Positions 19,029-28,126 of a DNA stretch of 64,000 nucleotides are shown piece by piece (positions within the stretch are counted from its first letter, which is position 1; the number at the start of each line of letters is the position of its first letter). The position numbers were made by a program, and so were the translations under genes. A model generated the notes under the pieces. It was not told where the DNA came from. It saw only the letters and a list, made by a program, of their open reading frames with translations, and did not search any database. The stretch covers positions 760-64,759 of the forward strand of contig CAZWNW010000015.1 in the NCBI GenBank assembly GCA_964636255.1, written 5' to 3'. The stretch is from an uncultured Bacteriovoracaceae bacterium (GTDB lineage Bacteria > Bdellovibrionota > UBA2428).

Positions 19029-20402
19029 ATGAGTAGCGTGCTCTGGGAATACAATAAAAATTTGATTTTTCTTCAGCTGCCCGAGCAAACAAGGAGGAAT
19101 TTTAGTAGCGCAGAGTCTATACTGAACCGGATGGGGCGACTTGTTTATGCGATCGATTTTGGAACTTCGAATTCACTGCTTGCTGCGTCGGACGGCAAAG
19201 GCGTCTTAGGTCCTATTCCGCTCGATGCGGGGGCGCCTGATCCCACGGTGATGCGCAGTGTCCTCTATTACCCGAACCAAAACGAATGCCTACTGGGTTC
19301 GCGCGCAGTAGCAGAGTATTTGAATCGTGATCTTTCCGGGCGCCTGATTCGTTCGATCAAACGCTTCCTTCCCGTTCGAAGTTTCATCGGAACCTATGTT
19401 GAAGACCGCCCTTTGAATCTTGAAGATATTATTGGTCGCTTTCTTCTTGAGATGCGCCGCCGGGCCAATGAACATTTTCAGCAAGATGTTGATTCCGTTG
19501 TCTTGGGAAGGCCCGCGAAATTTTCGATTGATGAAGCCGATGATCGATTTGCCGAGTATCGATTGGAAAAATCGGCGCGCAACGCGGGATTTAAAAATAT
19601 CGAATTTTGTCCTGAGCCTGTGGCTGCTGCCCGAGAGTTCCGGCGTAGTTTACAAACTGAAAAGATTGTTTTTGTCGCAGATTTCGGCGGCGGGACATCA
19701 GATTATACGGTCGTAAAAATGGGTGCTCATGACTACCAGGCGTCGGATGTATTGGCCGTCGGGGGAGTGCCCCTAGCTGGGGATTCCCTGGATGGTTGTG
19801 TGATGAGAAATCGGATCGCCCGACACTTTGGTTCAGAAGTTCAATATAAGGTACCTTTTGGAAAAAATATTTTGAAAATGCCACTGCATCTGATGGAACG
19901 CATTTGCTCCCCGGCTGACTTGGCCATTCTTCGAAAACAGGACACTTTGCAGTTTCTCAAAAATATTCAGGAATGGAGTCTTGGTCCCAATGATCGAAAA
20001 TGCATGGATCAACTCTTGATGCTGATCGAAGAGCAACTGGGTTTCGGCATTTTCGAAGAGATTGAAAAAAGCAAAAGAGTATTGACCGTCGACAGTCAGT
20101 CGCTTCTGGAATTTCTCTACGCAGGAATTGAAATCCGCGAAAAAATTACGCGCAAACAATTCAATCAATACACTGAACGACATGTTACAGAGATTCTAAA
20201 AGGTGTGGATGAAACCTTAAATCGCGCCGGTCTCCAGGCGGCTGATGTGGATATACTTTGTTGCACCGGAGGCACAGCGCAGATACCTGCTATTCAAGAA
20301 GGACTTGCCGCGCGATTTGGTGCCGAGAAGCTGCAGCAGCACAAACACTTTCATAGCGTCGTTGAGGGGCTGGCCGAGCGCGCGCGCGATCTTCTTAATT
20401 AA
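19029..20402 (+). CDS. Hsp70-family actin-like ATPase (YegD-like, nucleotide-binding domain only)
   Basis: AIDFGTSNS matches the DnaK phosphate-1 motif and VADFGGGTSDYTVV matches phosphate-2. Size fits an NBD without a substrate-binding domain. Likely start at the internal ATG near 19131. Confidence 0.65.
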   Translation: MSSVLWEYNKNLIFLQLPEQTRRNFSSAESILNRMGRLVYAIDFGTSNSLLAASDGKGVLGPIPLDAGAPDPTVMRSVLYYPNQNECLLGSRAVAEYLNRDLSGRLIRSIKRFLPVRSFIGTYVEDRPLNLEDIIGRFLLEMRRRANEHFQQDVDSVVLGRPAKFSIDEADDRFAEYRLEKSARNAGFKNIEFCPEPVAAAREFRRSLQTEKIVFVADFGGGTSDYTVVKMGAHDYQASDVLAVGGVPLAGDSLDGCVMRNRIARHFGSEVQYKVPFGKNILKMPLHLMERICSPADLAILRKQDTLQFLKNIQEWSLGPNDRKCMDQLLMLIEEQLGFGIFEEIEKSKRVLTVDSQSLLEFLYAGIEIREKITRKQFNQYTERHVTEILKGVDETLNRAGLQAADVDILCCTGGTAQIPAIQEGLAARFGAEKLQQHKHFHSVVEGLAERARDLLN

Positions 20403-20507
20403 TTTGGCCGTGGCGCGGAGCGTTGTTAGCGCTTTTTCATCTTCTCTGCGTTGACTGGGACGCGGCCTCATATTTTTTTGTCGCCTCAAGAGAGAGAGGA
20501 ATTTTTG

Positions 20508-21305
20508 ATGAAAAATTTATGGAAGAAAAGCCTGGCCCTTGTGGTCATTGCCTTGGGCATGAATGCCGAGGCACAAACCCGCGCCTATTTGAACTTTTTG
20601 GAGGATTGCTCTCGATCTTGTTCACGCGTCTGCCGTGAATCTGCAGAAGATGTGCAGGGCGCCCTTCGACAATTGAATCGTGATTGCCGATTCACGGGTG
20701 GCCCCGTTGATCCTCCCCGCCGAGGAAGTTCATTAGAAATTTTCAATTCAGATTCTTGCAGTGGCGAAATCATCGCGATCGTTCGTGATGATAGTCGTTG
20801 TTCGGATCTCCCAGCTACCGGCACATCCGCGTGGGCCGTGCGCCAGGACAACGAATGCCACAATATCAAAGATATGTCGCCGCAAGAAGCTTGTTACCGC
20901 TTCACGGGAATGAACGAGCGAGGAAGCCGTGTGCGTGTTTACAACAATGATTCCTGTCGCGGAGAATTGCTCTCCGCAATTGGCCGTCGTAGTGATTGCT
21001 CGCAGTTTCCGACTTCGGGAACGTCGGCGTGGGGCATCGAGATCAATGGAACTTGCCACAACATTTTCGATATGAGTGAAGCGGATGCCTGCCGTCGCTT
21101 TAAAGATGGTGTCTCAGATCGCGCAGTGCAGATCTACAATTCTGATAGCTGTTCGAAGGATCTCTTGGCCGTGGTTCACAGTCGGCGCGGTTGCGAAGAG
21201 CTCCCCGCTAACGGAACCCAAGCATGGGGTGTGAAAATCGATGGTGTCTGCCAAAACATTACAGACACTTCGGTTCGTGATGCCTGCCTACGCTTTGCTC
21301 CCTGA
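20508..21305 (+). CDS. secreted cysteine-rich protein with 3.3 tandem ~57-aa repeats
   Basis: Track ORF starts at 20451. The signal peptide MKNLWKKSLALVVIALGMNAEAQ starts near 20508. Repeats share Y/FN.DSC...L.A........C...P..GT.AW......C.NI.D.S...AC.RF. Confidence 0.55.
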   Translation: MKNLWKKSLALVVIALGMNAEAQTRAYLNFLEDCSRSCSRVCRESAEDVQGALRQLNRDCRFTGGPVDPPRRGSSLEIFNSDSCSGEIIAIVRDDSRCSDLPATGTSAWAVRQDNECHNIKDMSPQEACYRFTGMNERGSRVRVYNNDSCRGELLSAIGRRSDCSQFPTSGTSAWGIEINGTCHNIFDMSEADACRRFKDGVSDRAVQIYNSDSCSKDLLAVVHSRRGCEELPANGTQAWGVKIDGVCQNITDTSVRDACLRFAP

Positions 21306-21326
21306 GCGATCGTAACTTACCTTTAG

Positions 21327-21365
21327 AAGCAAGCCGAGTCAGTGGATTCGGCTTGCTTTATTCAG
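21327..21365 (+). terminator. rho-independent terminator after 20508..21305
   Basis: 11-bp perfect stem AAGCAAGCCGA/TCGGCTTGCTT with a 10-nt loop followed by TTTATTC. Confidence 0.6.
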
Positions 21366-21434
21366 GCAAAGAAAATCAAGGCTTCCGGATTTCTCGCTAG
21401 ATTTTCGTCCAAATTCGCGCCATGTTAGGCCGCT

Positions 21435-22523
21435 ATGACTTCACCCATCGATTATACGAAAGATTCCCGATCGGCCTTGGAATCCAAAGAATATGCGCAG
21501 TGGATTGCCTTTGCTCCCTCGGTTTTTCAGGCCTCCCGCGTGCTCTGTGAAAGTGGCATTCTAAGTTCTATTGAAAAAGCAGGAAACGATGGGCTCACAA
21601 TGGATGAGATTGTGAGTGAAGTGAGGCTTTCGAATTATGCTGTGCGCGTTTTGTTGGAAGCTGGTCTGGGAATTGGCCTCGTTTTGGAAAATGAAGATCG
21701 TTATCGCCTGACCAAAACCGCTTGGTTTCTTCTGCATGATCCGCTGACGCAGGCGAATCTCAATTTTACCCATCATGTGAATTATCGAGGATTTTACAAT
21801 CTCGAAGAGGCGATCCGCAGCGGGAAGCCTGAAGGTTTAAAAACTCTTGGAAATTGGTCGACAATTTACGAGGGCTTGAGAGATCTGCCCGATGTTCCGC
21901 GACGGGCATGGTTTAATTTTGATCATCACTATTCCGAGGCTGCATTTCCGGATGCGCTTCCTCATGTGTTTGCTCATAATCCAAAGCGACTTCTGGACAT
22001 CGGGGGCAATACCGGGAAATGGGCGATCGCTTGTGCGCGCTACAATCCCGAAATCAAAATCACCATCATGGATTTGCCAGGGCAGTTGGCCATGGCCAAA
22101 AAGGCGGTGACCGAGGCCGGCTTCACAGATCGTGTTGATTTCGTAGAAGCCAATCTTTTAGATCCACAACAGAAAATTCCAGAAGGTTTTGATGCTGTAT
22201 GGATGAGCCAGTTTCTCGACTGCTTTTCCGAAGCTGAAATTGTTTCGATCATGAGTCGCTGTCGTTCGGCATTGAATCCTGGGGGCCTTGTTCATATTCT
22301 TGAGCCCTTTTGGGATCGGCAAAACTATAAGACCGCAGCATTCTGCTTGCAGCAAATTTCTCTCTATTTCACCGCGATGGCCAATGGAAATAGTCAGATG
22401 TATCGCTCAACCGTTTTTGAAAAGTGTGTCGAGGCTGCAGAATTTCGCATCAAAATCGCGAAAGACAATTTGGGAGTCGGTAGCACTCTTTTCAGCTGTG
22501 AAGTGATTGGTCCTCAAAAATAA
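21435..22523 (+). CDS. class I SAM-dependent O-methyltransferase (plant-type OMT family 2 architecture)
   Basis: N-terminal dimerisation/winged-helix region plus motif I LLDIGGNTGKWAIACA and downstream acidic motifs. 362 aa. Confidence 0.65.
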   Translation: MTSPIDYTKDSRSALESKEYAQWIAFAPSVFQASRVLCESGILSSIEKAGNDGLTMDEIVSEVRLSNYAVRVLLEAGLGIGLVLENEDRYRLTKTAWFLLHDPLTQANLNFTHHVNYRGFYNLEEAIRSGKPEGLKTLGNWSTIYEGLRDLPDVPRRAWFNFDHHYSEAAFPDALPHVFAHNPKRLLDIGGNTGKWAIACARYNPEIKITIMDLPGQLAMAKKAVTEAGFTDRVDFVEANLLDPQQKIPEGFDAVWMSQFLDCFSEAEIVSIMSRCRSALNPGGLVHILEPFWDRQNYKTAAFCLQQISLYFTAMANGNSQMYRSTVFEKCVEAAEFRIKIAKDNLGVGSTLFSCEVIGPQK

Positions 22524-22528
22524 ATTTC

Positions 22529-23401
22529 ATGATGAATCGTAGTTTGTATTTTCACTTCGCTTTCATTGCGCTCTCTCAATTCATTTTTGGCCCACAAGCA
22601 ATCGCGGAAGCAGCACTTTCCAGTCCGGAAAAAGTTCAAAATCCGCATGAGATAGAAAGCTTCGCAGAACTACCTCGAGAGTCGGTCATTATGTTGGCCG
22701 CACCCCGAGAAGTTCAAACGAAGGTCACTTTCTTACGAAACGAGAACGGTAGCTTTTTTGAACCCCAACTCGGTGGAGACCTAGGTATTATTAGGAAGAG
22801 TCGCGGAAGATTCCGTAGTGCCGATCGAAACAGTTTCGATCTTTCGGTCCGCGGTGTTTTTATTCCGCGTTTTCAGTTTGCTTCGAATTCTTTTGATCTT
22901 TGGAATACGGATTTTATTGGGGGAATGGCCGGTATTTATCGCTTTGGACTCAGCGCCCTCGATGTATTTCTCTACCATAAGAGCTCGCATCTGGGTCCCC
23001 GACTTGCCCAAATACGCGCGGATGAAAATCATAGTTTTGAAACAATTCGGGTACTCTACACGAGGCAGTGCCCAGCAGGATTGGAGATTTATTCCGGTCT
23101 CTCTTTCACATTTCATGCCGATCCCGCCCGTATCGCAAACAACGCGGATCTACATCTCGGGGCGAATTGGCGCAGTCCCTATCTCGGCGAACGTTTGTAT
23201 TTCAGTGCGGATCTTGAGGCACGTCAGTATTATCGCGGAATCAACGTGGCCTTGGAGACCGGATATGAATTGGGTAGCAAGATTGCCGGCGGACGTCGTC
23301 AACGAGTCTTTTTGAATTACTACGGTGGTCATTCGCCCATGGGCCAATTCCACCGCAGCACAGAGTCTTCTCTCTCGATGGGAATAGCAGCGGCTTATTA
23401 A
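22529..23401 (+). CDS. putative outer-membrane beta-barrel protein
   Basis: Signal peptide, alternating amphipathic strands and C-terminal aromatic ...GIAAAY. Confidence 0.4.
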   Translation: MMNRSLYFHFAFIALSQFIFGPQAIAEAALSSPEKVQNPHEIESFAELPRESVIMLAAPREVQTKVTFLRNENGSFFEPQLGGDLGIIRKSRGRFRSADRNSFDLSVRGVFIPRFQFASNSFDLWNTDFIGGMAGIYRFGLSALDVFLYHKSSHLGPRLAQIRADENHSFETIRVLYTRQCPAGLEIYSGLSFTFHADPARIANNADLHLGANWRSPYLGERLYFSADLEARQYYRGINVALETGYELGSKIAGGRRQRVFLNYYGGHSPMGQFHRSTESSLSMGIAAAY

Positions 23402-23415
23402 TCTCGCTGAACGTC

Positions 23416-24084
23416 TTAGCCTTCACTCCACGCAATGCTGATGAAATGACCCTGCCATTCCAGCAAGCGGAAATCAAAAAATTGATCAGAGTGTCTCGCT
23501 AAACCAGAATAAATCTTTGAATCATTGGGATCGTTGGAGGCTCGTATTTCTAAGACGCAAAAATCTCGATAGCGTCGTCCTTCATTCTGAGGATCAGCTT
23601 TAAATAGGGCTTCTTTTAATGTCCAGATCTGGATGGGCGGAAGCTCAAGCACTATGTCTTTTTCGTTTCGAATCCGATCCAAAGCAGCACTGCTCAATTT
23701 TCGATCAGCTTTTTCAATATCAATCGCAGCACTTGGGCGAAGAGAGTTAGTTTTCGTGGCTTGTAATCCCACAATGCGAATTGCAGCGCAGGCACTGCGG
23801 GTGTGAGAGAGTGCATAGGCATCAGCGACGCTTCCCTCGGCCAAAAGAGCCAAAAGAGCGGCACGCGAAGTGCACCATTGCGTCCTGCGGTGGGAGGGGG
23901 CGGCCTCATCTAATTTTTTGAGGAGAGCACTGAGCCATGGTTTGGAGTGAAATTTCGATCGAAGTGCATCTATTTCACCCTCAACACGCTCGTCTTCTTT
24001 CCCATTTTCTATATTCAGCTGCGCAATCCAGCTTATTTGCAGCGAGCCATGAGAGAAATTATTGATCAGTCCCGGCTTTTTCAT
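23416..24084 (-). CDS. 4'-phosphopantetheinyl transferase
   Basis: AAIDIEK matches the GxDxE motif and WTLKEALFKA matches the W..KEA..K motif. Confidence 0.65.
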   Translation of the reverse strand: MKKPGLINNFSHGSLQISWIAQLNIENGKEDERVEGEIDALRSKFHSKPWLSALLKKLDEAAPSHRRTQWCTSRAALLALLAEGSVADAYALSHTRSACAAIRIVGLQATKTNSLRPSAAIDIEKADRKLSSAALDRIRNEKDIVLELPPIQIWTLKEALFKADPQNEGRRYRDFCVLEIRASNDPNDSKIYSGLARHSDQFFDFRLLEWQGHFISIAWSEG

Positions 24085-24101
24085 GGCGAACGACTCGTCT
24101 C

Positions 24102-25820
24102 TTAGGGGCTAGAGAAAAGCCGAATTTCTCCTGTGCATAAAACTTGGAGTTGCTTAGTAAGCACTTCACCCTGAACGAGGGCGACCGGTCCAAATTCGCG
24201 AGTCGTGCGGACGCGTACCAAGACTTCGGATTCAAGCCTGGGTACAGGGTGAAATTTGAAGTTTCGAAAGCCAACTAAATAAGCTTGCTTTAAATCCGCC
24301 GTAGGTCCGGGCGCGTGCCGCTTCCTAAGGGCAGTTACAAATCCCATCGCCTGGGCGATCCATTCCACACCTGCACTGTCTCGGATCCGGCCGTCGCCAT
24401 CAAGGTAGTTTCGATTTTCGGCGCGCTCGTCCAAAAAGACACGGGCCTGACCTTCGTCTGTGTGGACCCAATCGATTTGCTGAATCCACACAGCCCCGTC
24501 GCGGTGAGGCAGGAAGCTTTGCAGTTCCGTTACCGGCACGGGATCAACGACTAATTGTTTTCCGCGCAAAAGCTCTGCCGCGCCATTTCTCCAGATTTTC
24601 CCTTGAGGACTGAGAGGTAAATCCGAAACAAAATAAAAATGACGTGCGGAAAAACGGCGGCCGTATTTCTGAAGAAGAGCCGACTCAATTTCGATTCGGG
24701 GCAGGCTGCTCTGTCGATTTCCCCGGGGGGCCATCATGAGCCCTAGCTCAGCTCCCAGTCGATTATCAGGAACTTCGAAGGCCATTACTCGAAAAGGAAT
24801 CTTTGATTCCAAAAAAGCTTCGATTTCCGTTAAAGAAAACTTTTCCCCGCCCCGGTTCAATGTCCAATCCCAGCGACCTTTGAATATTAATGAATCCTTC
24901 TCAGTCTCTACAAGATGGTCGCGAATAATTAATTTTTCGGGGTGCTCGATCTTTCCGTCCTGAGCCAGCCCCCAACATAAATTGGGTCCTGAAAATTCGA
25001 TGCCCATCGAATCGACTAGTTTCGCATTCACTCCGGGAAGAAAAGTGCCAATCTCGCCAAACTCAATGGGTTCCACGCCTGGGGCCAAGTGGCTAAGCCC
25101 TGGCGAAGCCTCCGTGCATCCGTAACCGATACTTGGTTTTGCGATGTGAAGTTCGTCGCGAATCGATTTCCACAAAGCCGGGGTGACCGGAGCTCCGCCG
25201 ATAATACAGGTTGGCGACTGCGCAAATATCTTGGAGGAATTTTTCCGCACACATTCCACTAGATCAAAAAAATGCGCGGGTGATCCCAGCGTTAAAGTTT
25301 TCGAAGTGACGCGTTCCTTCCAGATTTCGAGATTGTCTTTTTTATAGGGACCCGTAATGAAATCAAGTTCCCAACCCTTTAGATAGGCCTGCAAATATCC
25401 GAGCGTGAATCCGAAAGTGTGAAAGGGTTGAGGGAGGCAGAAAATTCGGTCGAGATCAAAGCCTTTAAAGTGCGATGAAATAGCAACAAGGGAGCTTTCT
25501 ACATTTTCTTTTGAGTAGAGGACCAATCGAGATTCGCCAGAAACAGAGCCCGAAGTGAAGAGAGCAAACTGGCATTCTTTAAAACTGCGTGAACTTTTCC
25601 AGGATGCCCGATCATGGGATTCTTCGATTTTAACTCGAAGTTCCTTTGCATTCGGCTCTGTCCACTCGCCCAGAAAACTGAGCTCCTCTTTTGGTAGGGA
25701 TTCTACGAAATTTCCCGTGTGAAGAGTGGGCGGCAGAAGAATGAGTGTTTCCTGGCGAGTCCACGCGCGCTCTACAGTTTCGAAAAGTTCTTTTGAATGA
25801 TAGCCGCGCCAAAGAAGCAT
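24102..25820 (-). CDS. AMP-dependent synthetase/ligase (aryl-acid or acyl-ACP activating) with C-terminal ~130-aa extra domain, possibly hotdog-fold
   Basis: FTSGSVSGESRLV (A3-like), GYGCTEAS (A5), GRWDWTLNRGGEKF (A8). The C-terminal region after ~aa 440 is an extension not found in plain ligases. Confidence 0.55.
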   Translation of the reverse strand: MLLWRGYHSKELFETVERAWTRQETLILLPPTLHTGNFVESLPKEELSFLGEWTEPNAKELRVKIEESHDRASWKSSRSFKECQFALFTSGSVSGESRLVLYSKENVESSLVAISSHFKGFDLDRIFCLPQPFHTFGFTLGYLQAYLKGWELDFITGPYKKDNLEIWKERVTSKTLTLGSPAHFFDLVECVRKNSSKIFAQSPTCIIGGAPVTPALWKSIRDELHIAKPSIGYGCTEASPGLSHLAPGVEPIEFGEIGTFLPGVNAKLVDSMGIEFSGPNLCWGLAQDGKIEHPEKLIIRDHLVETEKDSLIFKGRWDWTLNRGGEKFSLTEIEAFLESKIPFRVMAFEVPDNRLGAELGLMMAPRGNRQSSLPRIEIESALLQKYGRRFSARHFYFVSDLPLSPQGKIWRNGAAELLRGKQLVVDPVPVTELQSFLPHRDGAVWIQQIDWVHTDEGQARVFLDERAENRNYLDGDGRIRDSAGVEWIAQAMGFVTALRKRHAPGPTADLKQAYLVGFRNFKFHPVPRLESEVLVRVRTTREFGPVALVQGEVLTKQLQVLCTGEIRLFSSP

Positions 25821-25830
25821 GCGCTCTAGT

Positions 25831-27429
25831 CTACCTGTTTTTGAAATAGTCGGGGCCGAAATTTAGTGCCGATGTCCATAGTGTGGATCGGAGTGCGCCA
25901 ATTGATGGGCCCAAACTCTGGTCGCGATCCACGAAAGGCACTGCTCGACGGATTTCTGCGAAGATTTTCTTTGAAACTTCGCCTTTGAGCGCGATTTTTC
26001 GCAAATCTAAAGCCTGAGCTAGGCAGACCAGTTGCAGGCTTTGCAGTGTAAAAAGTTTTTCCAGCATTTCAGAGGCTTGAGCCGCAGCCCCCATGCCCAT
26101 ACTCACCTTGTCTTGATTGTGAGACTCCGTGCTGCGGGACAAAACACTTGAAGGAAAACTTTTTTGTATGATTTCCGCAGTGATTGCGGATGCTGCTTGA
26201 TGCAATCCTTTTAGACCATGATGGAGATGCTTCTCGTCAGGGGGCAGTCGCTCCCAATCCACCAGATTGGGGGGTAGCCCGCGATTTGACTTGTCGTCGA
26301 CCAAGACCAAGATCTGGCGATCCAGAAGATCCGCAAGATTCGCTAGAGAAATCTTCAGGTAGTCCATTCCATGGGCGAGATAGCCGCCATAAAAATTTCC
26401 ACCATTCTGCACTTCGCCCTCGGGATCCAAGAGTGGATTGTCCGTGCAACTATTCACCTCGTCTTCGATCCATCGGGAAATAAGGTCGAGGGTGTCGCGT
26501 TGTGGTCCCAAAATTTGAGGAACGCAGCGAAGGGAATAGCGATCTTGGACATAACCCTCTGTGGTCATGTCGTTTTTCACCGGCACCCGGCTTCCGGAAA
26601 GCGGTCGATAATCTTCGGCATCCAGGTACTGGCTGATTCTTTCAGCAATGAGCGATTGAGATCCGTGCCTTTTGGCTTCGCGATTGACGAGGGGGCCAAA
26701 GGCTTCGCGACGACCACCAAGGGCCAAACACTGCCAGGAAGCTGTTAATGTTGCCATTTCCAATGAAAACTCTGAGAGCCGCCAATTATAAAGTGCATAG
26801 GCACTCATGACGGTCGTACCGTTCACGGTCGAAAGGGCTTCCTTGGGTTTGAAGACGTAAGATTTAAAATCTTTAATCTGCTGGCTTTCGTTGTAGCGCT
26901 CGCCGCGTTGGATTGCTGGTCCTCGACCAGAGAGCATGCGTGCCAGATAAGAGAGTGGCACAAGATCTCCGCTAGCACCTAGCGAACCTTCTTCAGGAAT
27001 TTCAGGGAGACAATCGTTTTCGATACAAAATTTCATTTGGTCCAAGAGCTCAAGGCTCACACCCGAAAAACCACGACTGAGGGCCCTGAGGTGAATCCAG
27101 AGCACTGCGCGTGAAACTTCGCGGGGCAAAATTTTTCCGCTGCCGCAATTTAGATATTCAGCCAAATTTTGTTGAAGCGATTGCGCCTTCTCATAGGGGA
27201 TCACGCGATGGCAACTGTCACCGAAGCCCGTGTTGACCCCATAGATCACCAGGCCGGACTTGAGACGATCCTCTAGTGCTTGACGGCTGCGGGCAATTTT
27301 TTCTCGAAGTGCGGTATCCACTTCGACTTCCGGAAAAGCATCTTCTCTAAGAAAAACGACGGATTGAAGTTCCTCGAGGCTCAAGGCTCTTTCACTCAGG
27401 CAAATTTTCGGCAAGCCTTGGGAAGACAT
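25831..27429 (-). CDS. aromatic amino acid ammonia-lyase (HAL/PAL/TAL family, MIO cofactor)
   Basis: GSLGASGDLVPLSYLA contains the Ala-Ser-Gly MIO-forming triad. Full-length 532 aa. Substrate class not resolvable by eye. Confidence 0.85.
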   Translation of the reverse strand: MSSQGLPKICLSERALSLEELQSVVFLREDAFPEVEVDTALREKIARSRQALEDRLKSGLVIYGVNTGFGDSCHRVIPYEKAQSLQQNLAEYLNCGSGKILPREVSRAVLWIHLRALSRGFSGVSLELLDQMKFCIENDCLPEIPEEGSLGASGDLVPLSYLARMLSGRGPAIQRGERYNESQQIKDFKSYVFKPKEALSTVNGTTVMSAYALYNWRLSEFSLEMATLTASWQCLALGGRREAFGPLVNREAKRHGSQSLIAERISQYLDAEDYRPLSGSRVPVKNDMTTEGYVQDRYSLRCVPQILGPQRDTLDLISRWIEDEVNSCTDNPLLDPEGEVQNGGNFYGGYLAHGMDYLKISLANLADLLDRQILVLVDDKSNRGLPPNLVDWERLPPDEKHLHHGLKGLHQAASAITAEIIQKSFPSSVLSRSTESHNQDKVSMGMGAAAQASEMLEKLFTLQSLQLVCLAQALDLRKIALKGEVSKKIFAEIRRAVPFVDRDQSLGPSIGALRSTLWTSALNFGPDYFKNR

Positions 27430-27463
27430 AAGCCGCTAAAAAATCACAGATTGCCTAGGCTTA

Positions 27464-28126
27464 TCAAGCCTGGAGATAGAAAAGCCAAGGCCCAACGCGA
27501 CCCGGAGAGCGCTGATCTTCGATTGCTTGCCAGAGGGCTTTGTCATCCGCCAAAGGAGCCGGAAGGGAGCCAGCTTGATCGCCGATCTCCGCTCGAAGTT
27601 TTAATGATCCCAACCCCACGGTATCTTCTACTGGCCATGGGACCCCGGAATCGTCACCAATCAGGGCAAGTAACACCTCGTGAGTCGTCGAATTCTGCGG
27701 ACGGAGGCTTATCAACAGTTGCAGCTTTCCACTCATTCGAGCCTCAAACAGTGCCTCAGTAAATCCACTTAGTAGAGTTTCTTTGCCATTTTGGAGGCAC
27801 AAAAGGGGGCCATGGAATTTGGAGACCTGCAAAAAACTCGAGATCCGCACATTTGAAAGTGTGTGCACAAATTTCGAGGGACTTAAGCTGCCACCCCGGG
27901 TGAAGTCGTGATCCGTGGTGTTCGAAGCTCCTTCACAGGCTAGAACGAGGCCGCCAATGCGCAGCTCAGCCAATCCTCGATTTTTCTCCACAAGATTGCT
28001 CCAGGCTTCGGCCAAGGCATAGGCAGCGGCATCGAGAAGTTGCCATCGTTCGCAGGAATCTTTCCAGGACGGCTCGACCTGGGCGGGCCATTCACAGAAG
28101 GCTCGGAAAATTTCAAGGCGCATCAT
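27464..28126 (-). CDS. KS-like chain-length-factor-type protein (no active-site Cys seen)
   Basis: 220 aa. ATGA overlap with the upstream KS. Weak KS N-terminal-domain-like pattern. Assignment mainly by context. Confidence 0.35.
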   Translation of the reverse strand: MMRLEIFRAFCEWPAQVEPSWKDSCERWQLLDAAAYALAEAWSNLVEKNRGLAELRIGGLVLACEGASNTTDHDFTRGGSLSPSKFVHTLSNVRISSFLQVSKFHGPLLCLQNGKETLLSGFTEALFEARMSGKLQLLISLRPQNSTTHEVLLALIGDDSGVPWPVEDTVGLGSLKLRAEIGDQAGSLPAPLADDKALWQAIEDQRSPGRVGPWLFYLQA

